This document shows, one piece after another, positions 11,159 through 23,973 of a stretch of DNA of 64,000 nucleotides. The stretch lies in NCBI RefSeq assembly GCF_028641065.1, contig NC_073384.1, forward strand, positions 56,482,001 through 56,546,000, read 5' to 3'. Source of the stretch: Leucoraja erinacea (lineage: Eukaryota). Below the pieces are notes generated by a model that saw only the letters and a program-made list of their open reading frames with translations, was not told the origin of the DNA and did not search any database. A program made the position numbers and the translations under genes. Numbering within the stretch: the stretch's first letter is position 1; each line of letters opens with the position of its first letter.

Positions 11159-13109
11159 TTAATAATATCCATTCTTAAATATTACAGTAACTTTTTTTTA
11201 CTTGCCTTTGCCCTGCTTTTGCCTGCAGCATTGGCTGTTTGAAGAACATTTGTTCAATCAGCGCTTCTCCTCAGTGCTCCACACAACCAGGTGCACCTTT
11301 GTAGACTAGACCCAGCATGAGTTGGAGATTAATGGTCACAGAATGCTCCACAGCATATCACACTTGTTTGGCGGTAACAAACAGCATGCATTTGTATCCC
11401 AATGGCAGCATCTACAATGTTAATCTCCGCAGATTGCTGAATTTGAAATTAATACAGAGCCTGCTTGTTTTAACAGGTATAAATAAACGGCAGCTGTTGC
11501 TACATTCAACACAAGCTTTGTTCATCATCTTAAGAGGGCCTCTAACAAGGCTGGTTCTGAATTGATATTTGAAGTTGGAACCTTTTCATTGTTGACTATC
11601 TGGAGGTGAGCATATGCTAGTTTGAGTTCTCACCGCCATACTTAAAGATTGATTGATATTGAGGTTTTGATTCATTTGGGAAGTCTACCTACTGGGATTA
11701 CATGTTTTTTATAAGGGAGCTTTGAAGTACCATGTTAATTTGTATTGTTGTTTTTGCACATGCTGTTCTTGATATGTGAGCAGAACAATTGTGGATAATG
11801 ATGCTGGAGAGATTTTAGATAGAGGAGCCAACGATCATAAAATCCTCAGTACTTTCAGCGATGTGTTCCGGATGATCTTGTGTGTTTTCATTTTCCATCT
11901 TTCAATACATTGAATAATGCAGATTCCCACTAATTGTGATCTTAAAAAAGATCCAATAATTACGACTGTAACACTGGTAAAAATGTACAAAGTTTCGGAG
12001 TAAGTTGCAACCTACTTTGTCTTACCAATGATTAATGCCATAGCTTATGAACAGGAAATGTTTTGCTTCAGAGAGGGAATCTATAGGATTTTTAAAATGA
12101 GTTATTTGATTGTCAAAAGAGAAATAACTTTTCTGTTGAAATTTAAGTAAAGACATGCTTTAATACACACTTTAGAATGTAATTTTTTTTATTTAATTAC
12201 TTCATCTTTTACATTTTATTTGGTTAATATTTAACATGCTTAACATTGATTATTTGTTATTTTCATTTATTTGATGCTGACTGTGGCAGTTTTACTTTGG
12301 ATGGCAAGGAAGTAATATGACGGTCTAATATGATTTTTCTGGTGTATATGAGTGAATGCATTAGTAAATATACAATGTGAGACTGACTTGCCTGCTTTTG
12401 TGTATATAAAACACCAATGTACAGACAGTGCTTTTGTGTAGCAGAGATTTATGTGGGCATAATGTGTATGCTGTAACGATGACATTTGCATAAATGTTGA
12501 AGAAGTAACGTCGACCTCGCACAGAAAAATATAGGTGTTAATAGGAGAGTCGAAGGTTTACTTGAGCAGGAGTTAAAATATCTTTGCATGAATTGGATGG
12601 ACCAAATGTCTCCATGTGTTCTCAGTAAGGCTGCTGTCTTTCTATGAGGAGGAATCTGAAAGTTCTGACTCTGCCCTTGGTGTTCTCCTATGTTTTAGTA
12701 TCGGATTGTCTGTCGAAGAACCCAAATGCCTAATGCATTCCCATCTCGCCCACGTCAGGCAGTAGGTCATCTGATTTGGGCCTACTACTTGCAGAAGCCA
12801 TTCCCATTGCCAACAGTTGTCTTAAGTACTCCTACCATGGCACTAGGTTGTTGAGCCATTTGAGCTTCCAGATGTCCTTGGAATTAAGCGTGGCTGTTGT
12901 TTGTAATTGTACTAAGAATCTGGGAACTTCACCACTTAATGCATTGGATTTTTTGCATGTCGCGCAGGTAAGAATATGTCACTGTCCCCCGCAGATTCAC
13001 AGTCCATTATGTACCAATATTTTGACATTGTCCGTCCCGTGTTTTAAAGTTTCCAAACTGAAGTACTATCCACCTATAATTGTCTGAGATACTAGCTTTT
13101 CATTTGTTG

Positions 13110-13312
13110 AAGGCACAAAGAACGGCAGGTGCTGGTTTACAAAAAAAACCCACAGTGCTGGAGTAACTCAGCAGGTCCTGACCTGCATTTCTGGAGGATG
13201 TGGATAGGTGACTCAGTCTGAAGAAGGGGCTCCGATCCAAAACATCACCTCTCTGCGTTCTCCTGAGCTGCTGACTGACCCACTGTGTTACCTCAGCATC
13301 TTGGCTTTTTCT
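13110..13312. mobile_element. Older palindromic Penelope terminal-repeat insertion
   Basis: Minus arm (gtgctggagtaactcagc...ataggtgac) then plus arm (cagtctgaagaagggg...aaaacatcacc...cctcagcat). Confidence 0.7.
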
Positions 13313-13332
13313 CATTTGTTGGATTGTCCAAC

Positions 13333-13512
13333 GTTTGCAATCCACACATTATATTAAACAATTGCATGCAAGATAAAGTTTCATTTTAGTCTATTATAAA
13401 ATTGACTAAATGGTCTAATATAAAGTTACATTTTAGTCTATTAGTTTGCAGTCCACGTATTATAATAAATAATTGCATGTAGGATAAAGTTACATTTTAG
13501 TCTGTTTAAAAT
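13333..13512. repeat. Diverged ~70-bp direct duplication with partial third copy
   Basis: gtttgcaatccacacattat...ataaagtttcattttagtct (13333) vs gtttgcagtccacgtattat...ataaagttacattttagtct (13444); ataaagttacattttagtcta also at ~13420. Confidence 0.75.
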
Positions 13513-14749
13513 CAGTGGTGTACTTTGTATTGACATTTAATTTATATACACATCTCTTCATTATCAGATTTTGAAGAGGACTGTTTAAAACTCAAGAATC
13601 TGCAATTGGATGAATTCCTTTTTTTTTTATTGGTTACCATTTCAGATAGCTATTTTATGGAATATTTTGGTGGAAAAGTTCATTCACTGAACTATAATTA
13701 TAGCCTTTATATGGTATCGATATGGTTTTGTGGAGAGTTACGTCTGAAAAGCCTCCAATTTACTGTGCACTCGATGTAATGATAACAGAAATAACATTTG
13801 GAGAATAGTACTGTTAAGCCCTATCAGTACTTTGAAGGTTAATTTGATGTTTGATTTGACATTGCTCTTAAAAAGAACAATTACTTGCTCTTTATCAGCT
13901 TATGCCCGCGTGTTGCATGCAAGCATGAACTGCTTCATTTTTTCGGGATTGCAAATTGAATTGAATACAATGCAATCAGAATTAAACATTCACATTCTGA
14001 CCTGGAAGGAAGGAAGGTAATTGATGAAGCAGCTTCTTACAGCAACATGCTGGGAATGGGATGTTTGACCTCCAACTAGAACCATTTTCCTCTGCGCAAG
14101 TTGTGACTCAAACCAATGGTGGGTTTTCCCCGGCACTTTCATTGTTTAATTTTACCAGAGTTCTTTCCCAGCATTAAATGTGTGAATGCTGCCTTTGTCA
14201 AAGGCAAATCATTCTCAGTTCAACCCTGGAATTCGGTTATTTTATCTATTTATGACCAAGGAGATCTGGCACCAGGTTTTACTGGCCAATAGCCAGACTA
14301 AGCACTAAGGTTATTGATGATTGAGTGCTATTTTTCCAGTTAACAACATCATCTTCATTACTATTGTGAATAAAGAACTGAGATGATAATTTGCAGGATT
14401 TAATTTGATCTGTTTTTGGAGGACAGGATGCACCTGGCTAATTTTCCGCATTATCTGAAAGATGACAATTTTGCAACAACATTGGAACAACTTGGCGGAA
14501 GCTGCTGGTTGTTCTGCAGCACAATTCTGAAGAACAATTGACATATCTAATGCCTTCAGCCATTTTGTGATAACATATAGATTGAATAGAATTTGCTGAA
14601 GACTGATGATGGGTGCTTAGGAGGAATAGTTCATTTATTTGCCTGCTTCAGTCGAACATGTTTGAAAAATGCACCAGTCTTGCCTTTGGCACTTGCACAC
14701 TGAACTGCATTATTTTTGGTGTAAATATAAGTGCTGTCTGCACAAAGTT

Positions 14750-14960
14750 TGTATGCTAATGTGGCCACGTGGGTTTTCTCTGGGTGCTCTGGTTTCTCTC
14801 ACACTTTAAAGACGTACAGGTTTGCAGGTTAATGGCTTTAGTAAAAATTGTAAATTGTCCCTGGTGTGTAGGATAATGCTAGTCTATCAGCGTGATCGCT
14901 GGTCAGTGCAGACTCGGTAGACCACAGGGTTTGTTTCCACGCTGTATCTTTAAAGTCTAA
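14750..14960 (+). mobile_element. HE1/V-SINE-like fragment
   Basis: cgtgggttttctctgggtgctctggtttc...aaagacgtacaggtttgcaggttaat...gtttccacgctgtatctttaaagtctaa. Confidence 0.75.
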
Positions 14961-14998
14961 ATTGTTCTAATTGCATTCAGCCAACTTGTTCTTGTATT

Positions 14999-16070
14999 CC
15001 ATATAACCATATAACAATTACAGCACGGAAACAGGCCATCTCGGCCCTACAAGTCCGAGCCGAACAACCTTTTTCCCTTAGTCCCACCTGCCTGCACTCG
15101 TACCATAACCCTCCATTCCGTTCTCATCCATATGCCTATCCAATTTATTTTTAAATGATACCAATGAACCTGCCTTCACCACTTCCACTAGAAGCTCATT
15201 CCACACCGCTACCACTTTCTGAGTAAAGAAGTTCCCCCTCATGTTACCCCTAAACTTCTGTCCCTTAATTCTGAAGTCTTGTTTGAATCTTCCCTATTCT
15301 CAAAGGGAAAAGCTGATCCACATCAACTCTGTCTATCCCTCTCATCATTTTAAAGACCTCTATCAAGTCCCCCCCTTAACCTTCTGCGCTCCAGAGAATA
15401 AAGACCTAACTTATTCAACCTTTCTCTGTAACTTAGTTGTTGAAACCCAGGCAACATTCTAGTAAATCTCCTCTGTACTCTCTCTATTTTGTTGACATCC
15501 TTCCTATAATTGGCGACCAAAAAATGTTGTACACCACACTCCAGATTTGGTCTCACCAATGCCTTGTACAATTTTAACATTACATCCCAGCTTCTATACT
15601 CCATGCTCTGATTTATAAAGGCTAGCACACCAAAAGCTTTCTTTACCACCCTATCTATATGAGATTCCACCTTCAAGGAACTATGCACGGTTATTCCCAG
15701 ATCCCTCTGTTCAACTGTATTCTTCAATTCCCTACCATTTACCATGTACGTCCTATTTTGATTTGTCCTGCCAAGGTGTAGCACCTCACATTTATCAGCA
15801 TTAAACTCCATCTGCCATCTTTCAGCCCATTCTTCCAAATGACCCAAATCACTCTGTAGACTTTGGAAATCCTCTTCATTATCCACAACACCCCCTATCT
15901 TTGTATCATCTGCATACTTACTAATCCAATTTAATACACCTTCATCCAGATCATTGACGTACATGACAAACAACAAAGGACCCAACACCGATCCCTGAGG
16001 CACCCCACTAGTCACCTGCCTCCAACCCAACAAACAACCATCCACCATTACCCTCTGGCTTCTCCCACAG
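14999..16070 (-). mobile_element. CR1 LINE, 5'-truncated, RT domain to 3' tail
   Basis: ORF 15350..16084 has SGVPQGSVLGPLLF, SKYADDTK, WQMEFNADKC; tandem (GTTATATG)n tail at ~15000-15015; frameshifted near the C-terminus. Confidence 0.95.
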
Positions 16071-16109
16071 GGAAGGGGCTTCATGTAAAGGTTTGCTTGG
16101 GTATAAGAT

Positions 16110-16457
16110 TAAAAACTGACCAGAACCTGATCTGAGTACAGCTAATCTGGATCTGACCTGAGGCTGAGCAATTGTTCTGCTTTTGTTGCTCTCCTCGACC
16201 TGATGGCGAATCTGGTCAAGTTTGGATCAGGTAACCAGGATCTGTAATGAATAGGGAAATGGAAACCACTTCCTGTGCTACTTGCACAATCCTGGCTACT
16301 TTCACATCCCCCAGTACCGAGCCATTGTGCATCCTTTCAATAAAGAATCGTCCCAGTCTGATCTGAACTGAACCCAAGGGCAACATTTTTGATACCTGAT
16401 CCAAACTCAACACTTCAGTGGAATTCTGGTGGGGTCGTGTCGGGTAACTAGTCTTTC
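16110..16457. mobile_element. Degraded DNA-transposon MITE, possibly hAT-like
   Basis: Decayed reiterated CCYGAYCYGA motifs; ends taaaaactgacc... and ...gtcgggtaactagtcttt are weakly inverted. Confidence 0.35.
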
Positions 16458-17959
16458 ACTCCAAAATGGCATGCTTGCATCTATGAGTTCAGGATTAAGT
16501 CAACCATCTGCGGTGGGCTTTGTAATTCAATACCTTAACTAGTCCAATTGAGAACACCCTTGTTTAATGGCTTGAGCAGCTAGTCAACAAAAATAAATTA
16601 AATTCCTTCATTTCCAATCGCCCTGCAAAGCAAATGTACAAATCGATAGAACGGCCATGCTTGATTGAACTGTGGGAAGTTTCTCAATGTATGGTGTAAA
16701 CTTCAGCAATGTCTCCTCACACTGTATGCTCCCCAAATCTTAGCTATTTCACCTTAGCTTTAACATGCAGCATTGTGTAAATCAGGTGCATTGTTTTCAA
16801 AAGTGAACTTGCATTTTGTATCGGGCGTTCCTTAGGAACTTGGCTCCAATTCGTAAATGGGATTGTTGGATTGTCAGATGCCCATTTATTTGAGAAACCA
16901 TTTTTGAAAAACACCAGGAATATAAATACGATCTGTTTTGCGAACCTTGGAATAGTTAATGTATGATTACACCTTGTGGCAAATTCTTGGGTTTCAGCCC
17001 TTGGTCTAACATGGTTTGTTGATTACATCTGTGTCCTTAAATTTTAGTTGATTGTAGAGTTAGCACTGTTTATTCGAATTCACTAACTTTGGCTGGAAGT
17101 TCACTCAAAGGCACACTTGACAGTTTTGTGCCTTGATAGATTAACATTTCTTAATCAGTATCTGGATAAAAAAAAGCAACATGTATACATGCTGAACGTA
17201 AAATAAAACCAGAAAATGCTTTATATACTCAGCAAGTCAGACTGCATCCATGGGAAGAGAGGCAGAGCTAACTTTCAGTGTGAAGACTCATCATCAGATA
17301 CTGGGATTAGGCGGTGAGAATTGAACATGTTTGTTAGTTTTCCACTTACTGTGTCATTTACATACCAGGGCCTTAAGACCTGCATGGGCCAGAGAGAATT
17401 CCCATTAACTTACTGCAAAAGTTTTCCTTAAGTCATTCATTATCATGTTGGGGATCCCCAAACACTCTACAAAGCTATCGGTCTTTCATATTTGTTGACC
17501 TGAAAGTCATTGCATGGGAGATCCCCTACAACAAGAATACCAGTCAAGCCTGAAACACTCTGTTTTAACTTCAGATATGACAGCGGTGCCACAATTTCCA
17601 TCATTTAACATTCAACTGAAATGACAAATGAAATAAGATCTTTGCAGTGGTGTTTTATATACTGTACCGCTCACTGGAAATTCAAATGCATTATAGTGGG
17701 CTAAATATTACAAAGCCACGAATTTGAAAAATAGTTTCCCAATTAGTTCAGATTAGTTTAATGATTTTTTTTCTGATTCTAAGAACAGTGGAATTTATCA
17801 GAGAGTACATTTATGTTTGGACAGGCTTGGATAAACTTTATATTATGGTGGTTTACTTATGGTGTTGAGCTCAGATCAGGTTGTGCATTTTGTACATAAG
17901 CAGACTGCAAACTGAGGTGTAATTCCATCTCAGCAGGAAAATAAAACACAACCTATTTT

Positions 17960-18100
17960 CAGGAAAAAACAAAAACTTCTAGAGGAACTCAGCAGGTCAG
18001 ACAGTGTCTGGGGAGGGATTGGACAGGTAATGCTCCCTGATCCGCTGAGTTTCTTTTGTGTTTTGCTCAAGATTCTAGCATTGGCCGTCTCCTGTATCTA
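17960..18100. mobile_element. Old palindromic Penelope terminal-repeat remnant
   Basis: gaggaactcagcaggtcagacag... followed by inverted ..tgctccctgatccgctgagttt..gattctagcat. Confidence 0.55.
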
Positions 18101-18319
18101 CAACCTATTGTGAGTTGTCCTCGGGGAATCACCATTTTATTACTCAATTGGGTATTACACTGTTGAATGTAAAAACAAGCTGTTCATCTCAAAAGCGATT
18201 CAAGGTTTTTGTTGTGTGAAGTTTCTGTTAGAATTGTTTTAATTCTGTGTAGTTGTAAATAGAATGAAAGGCTTCTTCAAAGTTGAGAGATCTGAAGATT
18301 AATATATGCTGTTAATCTG

Positions 18320-19810
18320 AAAACCTGTGTAGACCAACTGGCTGGAGTTTTTGTGGACACCTTCAACCTCTCATTTATGAAGTTTGAGGTTCCCACCTGC
18401 TTTAAGAGGGCATCAATAATACCGATGCCCAAGAAAAGTATGGTGACATGCCTCAATGAATATCGACCAGTTGCACTAACGTAGCACTAACGTTCATGAT
18501 GATGAAGTGCTTTGAGAGGTTGGTTATGGCGCATATCAACTCCTACCTCAACATGAATCTCGACTCATTATAATTTCCCTACCGACACAACAATCAACTG
18601 ATGGGATCTCACTGGGTCTCCACTTTGCACTGGACCACTTGGACAATAAAAACACAAATGTCAGGCTGTTGTTTATAGACTAGAGCTCAGCGCCGCATCC
18701 CATCATCCCCTCCAAGCTGGTTATCAAGCTCACGGAACTGGGTCTCTGCACATCTTTCTGCAACTGGATCCGTGACTTCCCCATTAACAGACTAGTTGCT
18801 GTACATACTGACAACCACACCGATAACCATCAGTACGGGAGCACCTCAAGGCTGTGTGCTCAACCCACTGCTCTACTCGCTCTATACTCACGAGCGAGTG
18901 TAGCCGGACACAGTGCGAACTCCATCTTCAAGTTCGCCGACGACACCACTGTTGTTGAACGAATTACGGGTGGTGATGGGTCAGAGTATAGAAGTGAGAA
19001 CGATCGACTGATGAAATTAGTGCCAGCCCAACAACCTGGCTCTCAATGTCAGTAAGACTAAGGAACCAATTGTGGACTTCGGAAGAGGAAAGTTGAGGAC
19101 CAACAAACGTGTATATTGACGGGATGATGTTGGAGAGTCAAAAGCTTCAAATTCCTGCGTGTGCATATCTCTGAAGATCTTTCCTGGACCTAGCAAGCTG
19201 ATGAAATTATAAAAAGAGCTCATCAACGCTTCTACTTCCTGAGAAGATTACATAGATTCAGTATGACAGAGAAGACTCTCTTGAACCTCCACAGGTGTAC
19301 AGTAGAGAGCATATTGACTGGTTGCATTGCAGCCTGGTTCGGCAACTTTAATGCCCAGGTGCGATGAAGACTGCAAAACGTGAACCCTGCCCAGTCCATC
19401 ACGGGTACCGACCTCCCTACTGTTGAAGGGATTTACAGGTCGCTGCATCGTCAGAGTTCCACACACACATTTCACTCTTGCCATCGGGAGGAAGATATGG
19501 GAGCCTGAAAATTGTTATGTCCAGGTTCAGGAACAGCTTCTTCTTCCTTGAAGCCATTAGGCTATTAAACACTACAACCTCCAAGTGAGCTCTGAACTAC
19601 ATAGACAGGGGCATTGGCTTTGTCTTTTTGCACTATTATTGTTTGGTTTGTTTTTACGTGCATGTGGGTATGTAGATATATGAACTTTTGTTTTTGTTCA
19701 TTATATCGTTTCCCGAGTACTATGTTTACATATGCTGGTATGCTGTTGCAAGTAAGAATTCCATTGTTCTGTCTGGGAAATATGATGAATAACCACTGTT
19801 GACTCTTTAC
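18320..19810 (+). mobile_element. Rex1/Babar-clade LINE, 5'-truncated, RT pseudogene
   Basis: Conceptual translation gives [59 protein letters not shown] (18925-18950); multiple stops and frameshifts; TG-rich 3' UTR. Confidence 0.92.
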
Positions 19811-20949
19811 GAGTTTGCGGTCTTGGATGTTTTCATTCTTTTCTTTTGGCAAGGCAATTAATTTCATTATTTGAGATGCTATTCTGAGCATAATAGCGAT
19901 TTAAAAATAACTTTCAGTGGCAATAGGAATGCATTTTACAGTAATCATATCGTCAATTTCTCTTGCAAATCCTCATGTGAGCGAGCATCATTTTTTTTCT
20001 TTCATTTTACCAGTGTTTAGATTATATGAATTTATATACTTTCATGATACATTCTCAGATGACAATTGGTTAAAAAAGATGCAACTTTGTTGATACAACC
20101 ATCTTTAAGAATGATAGATATCATTAACCAGAACTTTATTTTTGAAGTTATTATTCATTCCCTTCTGATGTTTTGTTACTATTTACAACTTTTAACTTTT
20201 TCTAATTTATAATCATACTTTATTAGCCAAGTATGTTTTGCAACATACAATTAATTTTATTTGCCATACAGTCATGCCAATAAAAAGCAACAAAACACAC
20301 AAAATACATTTTAACATATATTTAAATATCAAGTCTTCTGAAACTTGATCCTTTCTAATTCCCTTTGAACATAGTAATTGAAGTTCTGGTAACTGACATA
20401 AATTACCCAGTTATAGTATTTGGTCCACTGCTTTTATGGTATCATGATGCTTTGATGTTAGTTCTTTGTGTTTGGATTCTATTTGAAAGGATATTTTTGT
20501 TTATTACTCTCCATCATAGATGATTAAGGTACATACCTCTCTTGACTGTATAGTTGATATGAGTTTATGTCAAAAGTCTCGTGCAGCATCTAATTTCTTT
20601 AATGCTTTGTGCATTTAATGGACTGTTCACCAGTGACTATAGCAAAGAGCAAATGTCTACTTTAGCTTGTTTTTAATTATATACATTTGTTATTTATCAG
20701 AATTTTGTCCCCGATTGTCTCCTAGCTTGTAGTACTTCATATTACTAAGTAGATTAAAATCGGCAGTTTCGGAAGCACCAGGATATGTTCATTATCCATT
20801 TTAAAGGGGGAAGTGGAAGGAAGAAAGACATTAGAATTGGCTCCCAATGTATGTCTGTTGCTTTGCTATCAGCTCTTTAATCATCTGAGGTATGTTACAG
20901 AAAACATGGGAAATTAAAAGCTGCAGTTGTGGGCTTTGCTTAGGAAAAA

Positions 20950-21345
20950 GTAGTGGCAGTAGACCATTCAGTCCCATGTAATTGCTCCCCTCTCAATATG
21001 ATCACAGCTGATTTATTGCCTTGGTGCTACTTTGTATTCATTCTATATCCACCTATTCTCTTAACTACCTATTTTGATACACTAACCATCTATCTTGCCA
21101 ATGAGATCACCTCCATTTTGTGAAAGAAGCAAACACCCACTCTTCATAGTCACTCCCCGTATGCCAAACCTGCCATCCCAAGATTCAAAATGACAGTCTT
21201 CTACTGCACTCCGTCAATCTCACATATAACGTCCTTTAAATAGTGAGACCAGTGCTGCATATAATATTCCTTCCATATGTGGTCTCACTGTCACCGTATA
21301 TTACTGAAGCAAGGTGTCTCTACTCTGGCACTGAAATCTCTGCAT
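20950..21345 (-). mobile_element. Old CR1 remnant
   Basis: accattcag...aatatgatcacagctgat; cctgccatccca; gagaccagtgctgcat...gtggtctcac, degenerate CR1 3' sequence. Confidence 0.55.
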
Positions 21346-22004
21346 GATTTGAGTGGTAATCTTCACCAGGGCATCTTTGGAACATGGAGTCAGTGTCCTA
21401 TAATTGAATAGATTGTTGGCTTAACAGTATCCCAGGTCAAGATGCTCACTCCTTCATGGGTCAAGATACATGGAGAACTTGTATGAGGCCAAATGCCCAA
21501 ACATTTAAATTGCACAATTTTAAACCATCAATAGAACTGTATATTTAAATGGCTTTGAATATGAATGTATTGCAATCGTGTCATTTGTTTATTTGCCTTC
21601 TTTCTTTTGCTCTTTATTCCCAGCATTACATATCTCTCTAAGAATCTATCAATTATCTGTTATTCTGCATTTCTCTTAACTCCAACTTCAATATTTATTT
21701 TCTGTCATTTGCTTATAGTCTCTATTCTCTTCCCATTCCTGATCAATGAAAACAAATCACAAACTATCTTAACTGGGGAAAAAAAATTAATCTTAATGTT
21801 TTCTTCAGCAATTTTAACCATTCAGTATTTTGGATTGTCATTTTGTATTAGTTCTGTGTCTCAGGCATACGCGTTTACTCGTAGACCAAATACAAAACTT
21901 GGCAGATGGGAAATCAACCTGTTATTGGCTCCTTCCACCATTTGTGCTTGGTTTCCGTGTGCTCTCGTTACTGTCTCTAAGTGCTCAGTGGCTTTTAAAA
22001 GCTA

Positions 22005-22930
22005 CTAGACCAAGTGCAGACCCGTTGGGTCTGCTCCCCCAATGGTATGATCCCCCAACCCAATATTCCACCATGCACCCGTCTCCTCCAATGGAACTGA
22101 AGCCGTTCCCAAAAGTAAGATTCCAGCACTGCCCTGCCTCTTTAAAAAAAAATCCAATGGCACCTGCCCTGCCTGCTGCAGCAGTGAAAAGTTCAGTGTT
22201 CCTGTCTTGCAACATTGTTTCGAAGTGTGTTGGAAGCTGAGAGGAAGGAGCAGCCGTCAACGAATCAAAAGGCAGGAAGGTATCCGTACTGCAGGCGGGC
22301 GGACGGATTTGAGTTTTATATATATACTAGACCAAGTGCAGACCCGTTGGGTCTGCTCCCCCAATGGTGTGATCCCCCAACCCAATATTCCACCATGCAC
22401 CCGTCTCCTCCATTGGAACTGAGCCCGTTCCCAAATGTAAGATTGCAGCCCTCCCCTGCCTGCTGCAGCAGTGAAAAGTTCAGTGTTCCTCTCTTGCAAC
22501 TTTGTTTCGAAGTGTGTTGGAAGCTGACATGTAAATGGAGAAGCCTGTTTATTTTTGAAATACTTGGGGGTGGGTGGGGGAGAAGGATTTGATTAAAAAC
22601 ATGTACTTCAACACGACGAAATGAAATGAGGAGCGGATACTTAGAAAGAAAAGCGAAATCTCTACCGAAATGGAAAATATCTCGGAGATTGAGCGTCTGG
22701 ATTGGGCGTGGCAATGAATCAAAGGAAGAAATGCAGCCGGCAGCCGTACATGCAAATGAATCCATTCCGATTGGACATCTGCGAGCATCGGCCATTCCGA
22801 TTGGACATCTGCGAGTATCGGGCACGAATCGAAAGGCAGGAAGGGATCCGTACTGCAGGCGGACGGATGGATTTGAGTTTTATATATATAAAAGATATAG
22901 AAGATAGATAGATAGATATAGATAGATAGA
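22005..22930 (-). mobile_element. Non-autonomous Helitron, head-to-tail dimer (22005-22326 and 22327-22930)
   Basis: Minus strand begins A|TCTATC.. and each unit ends with hairpin GCAGACCC-AAC-GGGTCTGC followed by ACTTGGTCTAG|T; no TSD; units share both ends. Confidence 0.85.
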
Positions 22931-23479
22931 TATATATTTTAAAGTTGAGCTGTCTTGGACCAGGGAGTTGTCTTTGACCAGGGACTCCCTTATACTAAGA
23001 GGCTTTGAAACCTCTTTGAAGCATGCCTGTTTGTTTTGACGGTAGTAGTGCAGCTACCTTCTCAAAGAGTGGGAATATTTTACTCTATGGGACCTCTGTT
23101 GCAACAATAAGAGCTGTATAACTATGGGCATTTCCCCAGCTGGCTCTGCTTATGGACTCAATTTATGATACAAGTTAGATTTATATGGTCAACATTCTAA
23201 TATGCACCCAGCAGTTACTGGTTTCTGCCTTATCTGAGAAAGAATAAATCAGTCACCCTATACATACATACATGGATTCAGGTGTCTTGCATTCTGAGTG
23301 TAAAGGAGCATTGAAATAAAAGTCGGAACCAAAGGATACCTTACCTGAACTTTAACTCTATTAGCATATGAATCTGTTTCCAACTCATGCATGAGTGCTG
23401 CACAACTTTTTCCCTCATTTCTGATCTTTCTGGCCATTACCTACAAAAGCCTATTGTTAAATATGCACACTTTGAAGGA

Positions 23480-23600
23480 GACCCAACCCAAAATATCACC
23501 TATCCATGTTCTCCAGGGACGCTGTTTGACCCGCTGAGTCACTTCAGCAGTTTGTGTCCTTATTTGTAAATTAGTAGCTGCAGATCCTTGTTTGTTCACC
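23480..23600 (+). mobile_element. Old Penelope terminal-repeat fragment
   Basis: tgaaggagacccaacccaaaatatcacctatccatgttctccagggacgctg..gacccgctgagt. Confidence 0.65.
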
Positions 23601-23973
23601 TTTGAAAATAAAATTTAGGTGGTAATTGCATTGATATGGACAGCCCACTGAATTTTTATGCATGTTTCTTGGCTTTCAAGTAAACCATTGTAGCATGAGA
23701 TTTATTTCAAGTCATCTTCAGGCTGTTAAACACCTCTTTGGTACTCAAGAAAGCCGGCAGTAAGTATGCAGGTACAGCAGGCAGTGAAGAAAGCGAATGA
23801 CATGTTGGCCTTCATAACAATAGAAGTTGAGTTTAGGAGCAAAGAGTTCCTTCTGCAGTTGTACAGGGCCCTAGTGAGACCACACCTGGAGTATTGTGTG
23901 CAGTTTTGATCTCCAAATTTGAGGACGAACATTCTTGCTATTGAGTAAGTGCAGCATAGGTTCACAAGGTTGA

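Noticed and set aside
14020-14700. Possible very old LINE remnant (similar impression at 4530-5100)
   Set aside because: Too degraded to show translatable motifs by eye; needs a profile search.
21565-22008. 147-aa hydrophobic ORF resembling a membrane protein
   Set aside because: Explained by T-rich composition; no motifs, no splice support, and it runs into a Helitron end.
22207-22911. Cluster of ORFs up to 169 aa
   Set aside because: Lie in non-autonomous Helitron repeats; no Rep or helicase motifs.
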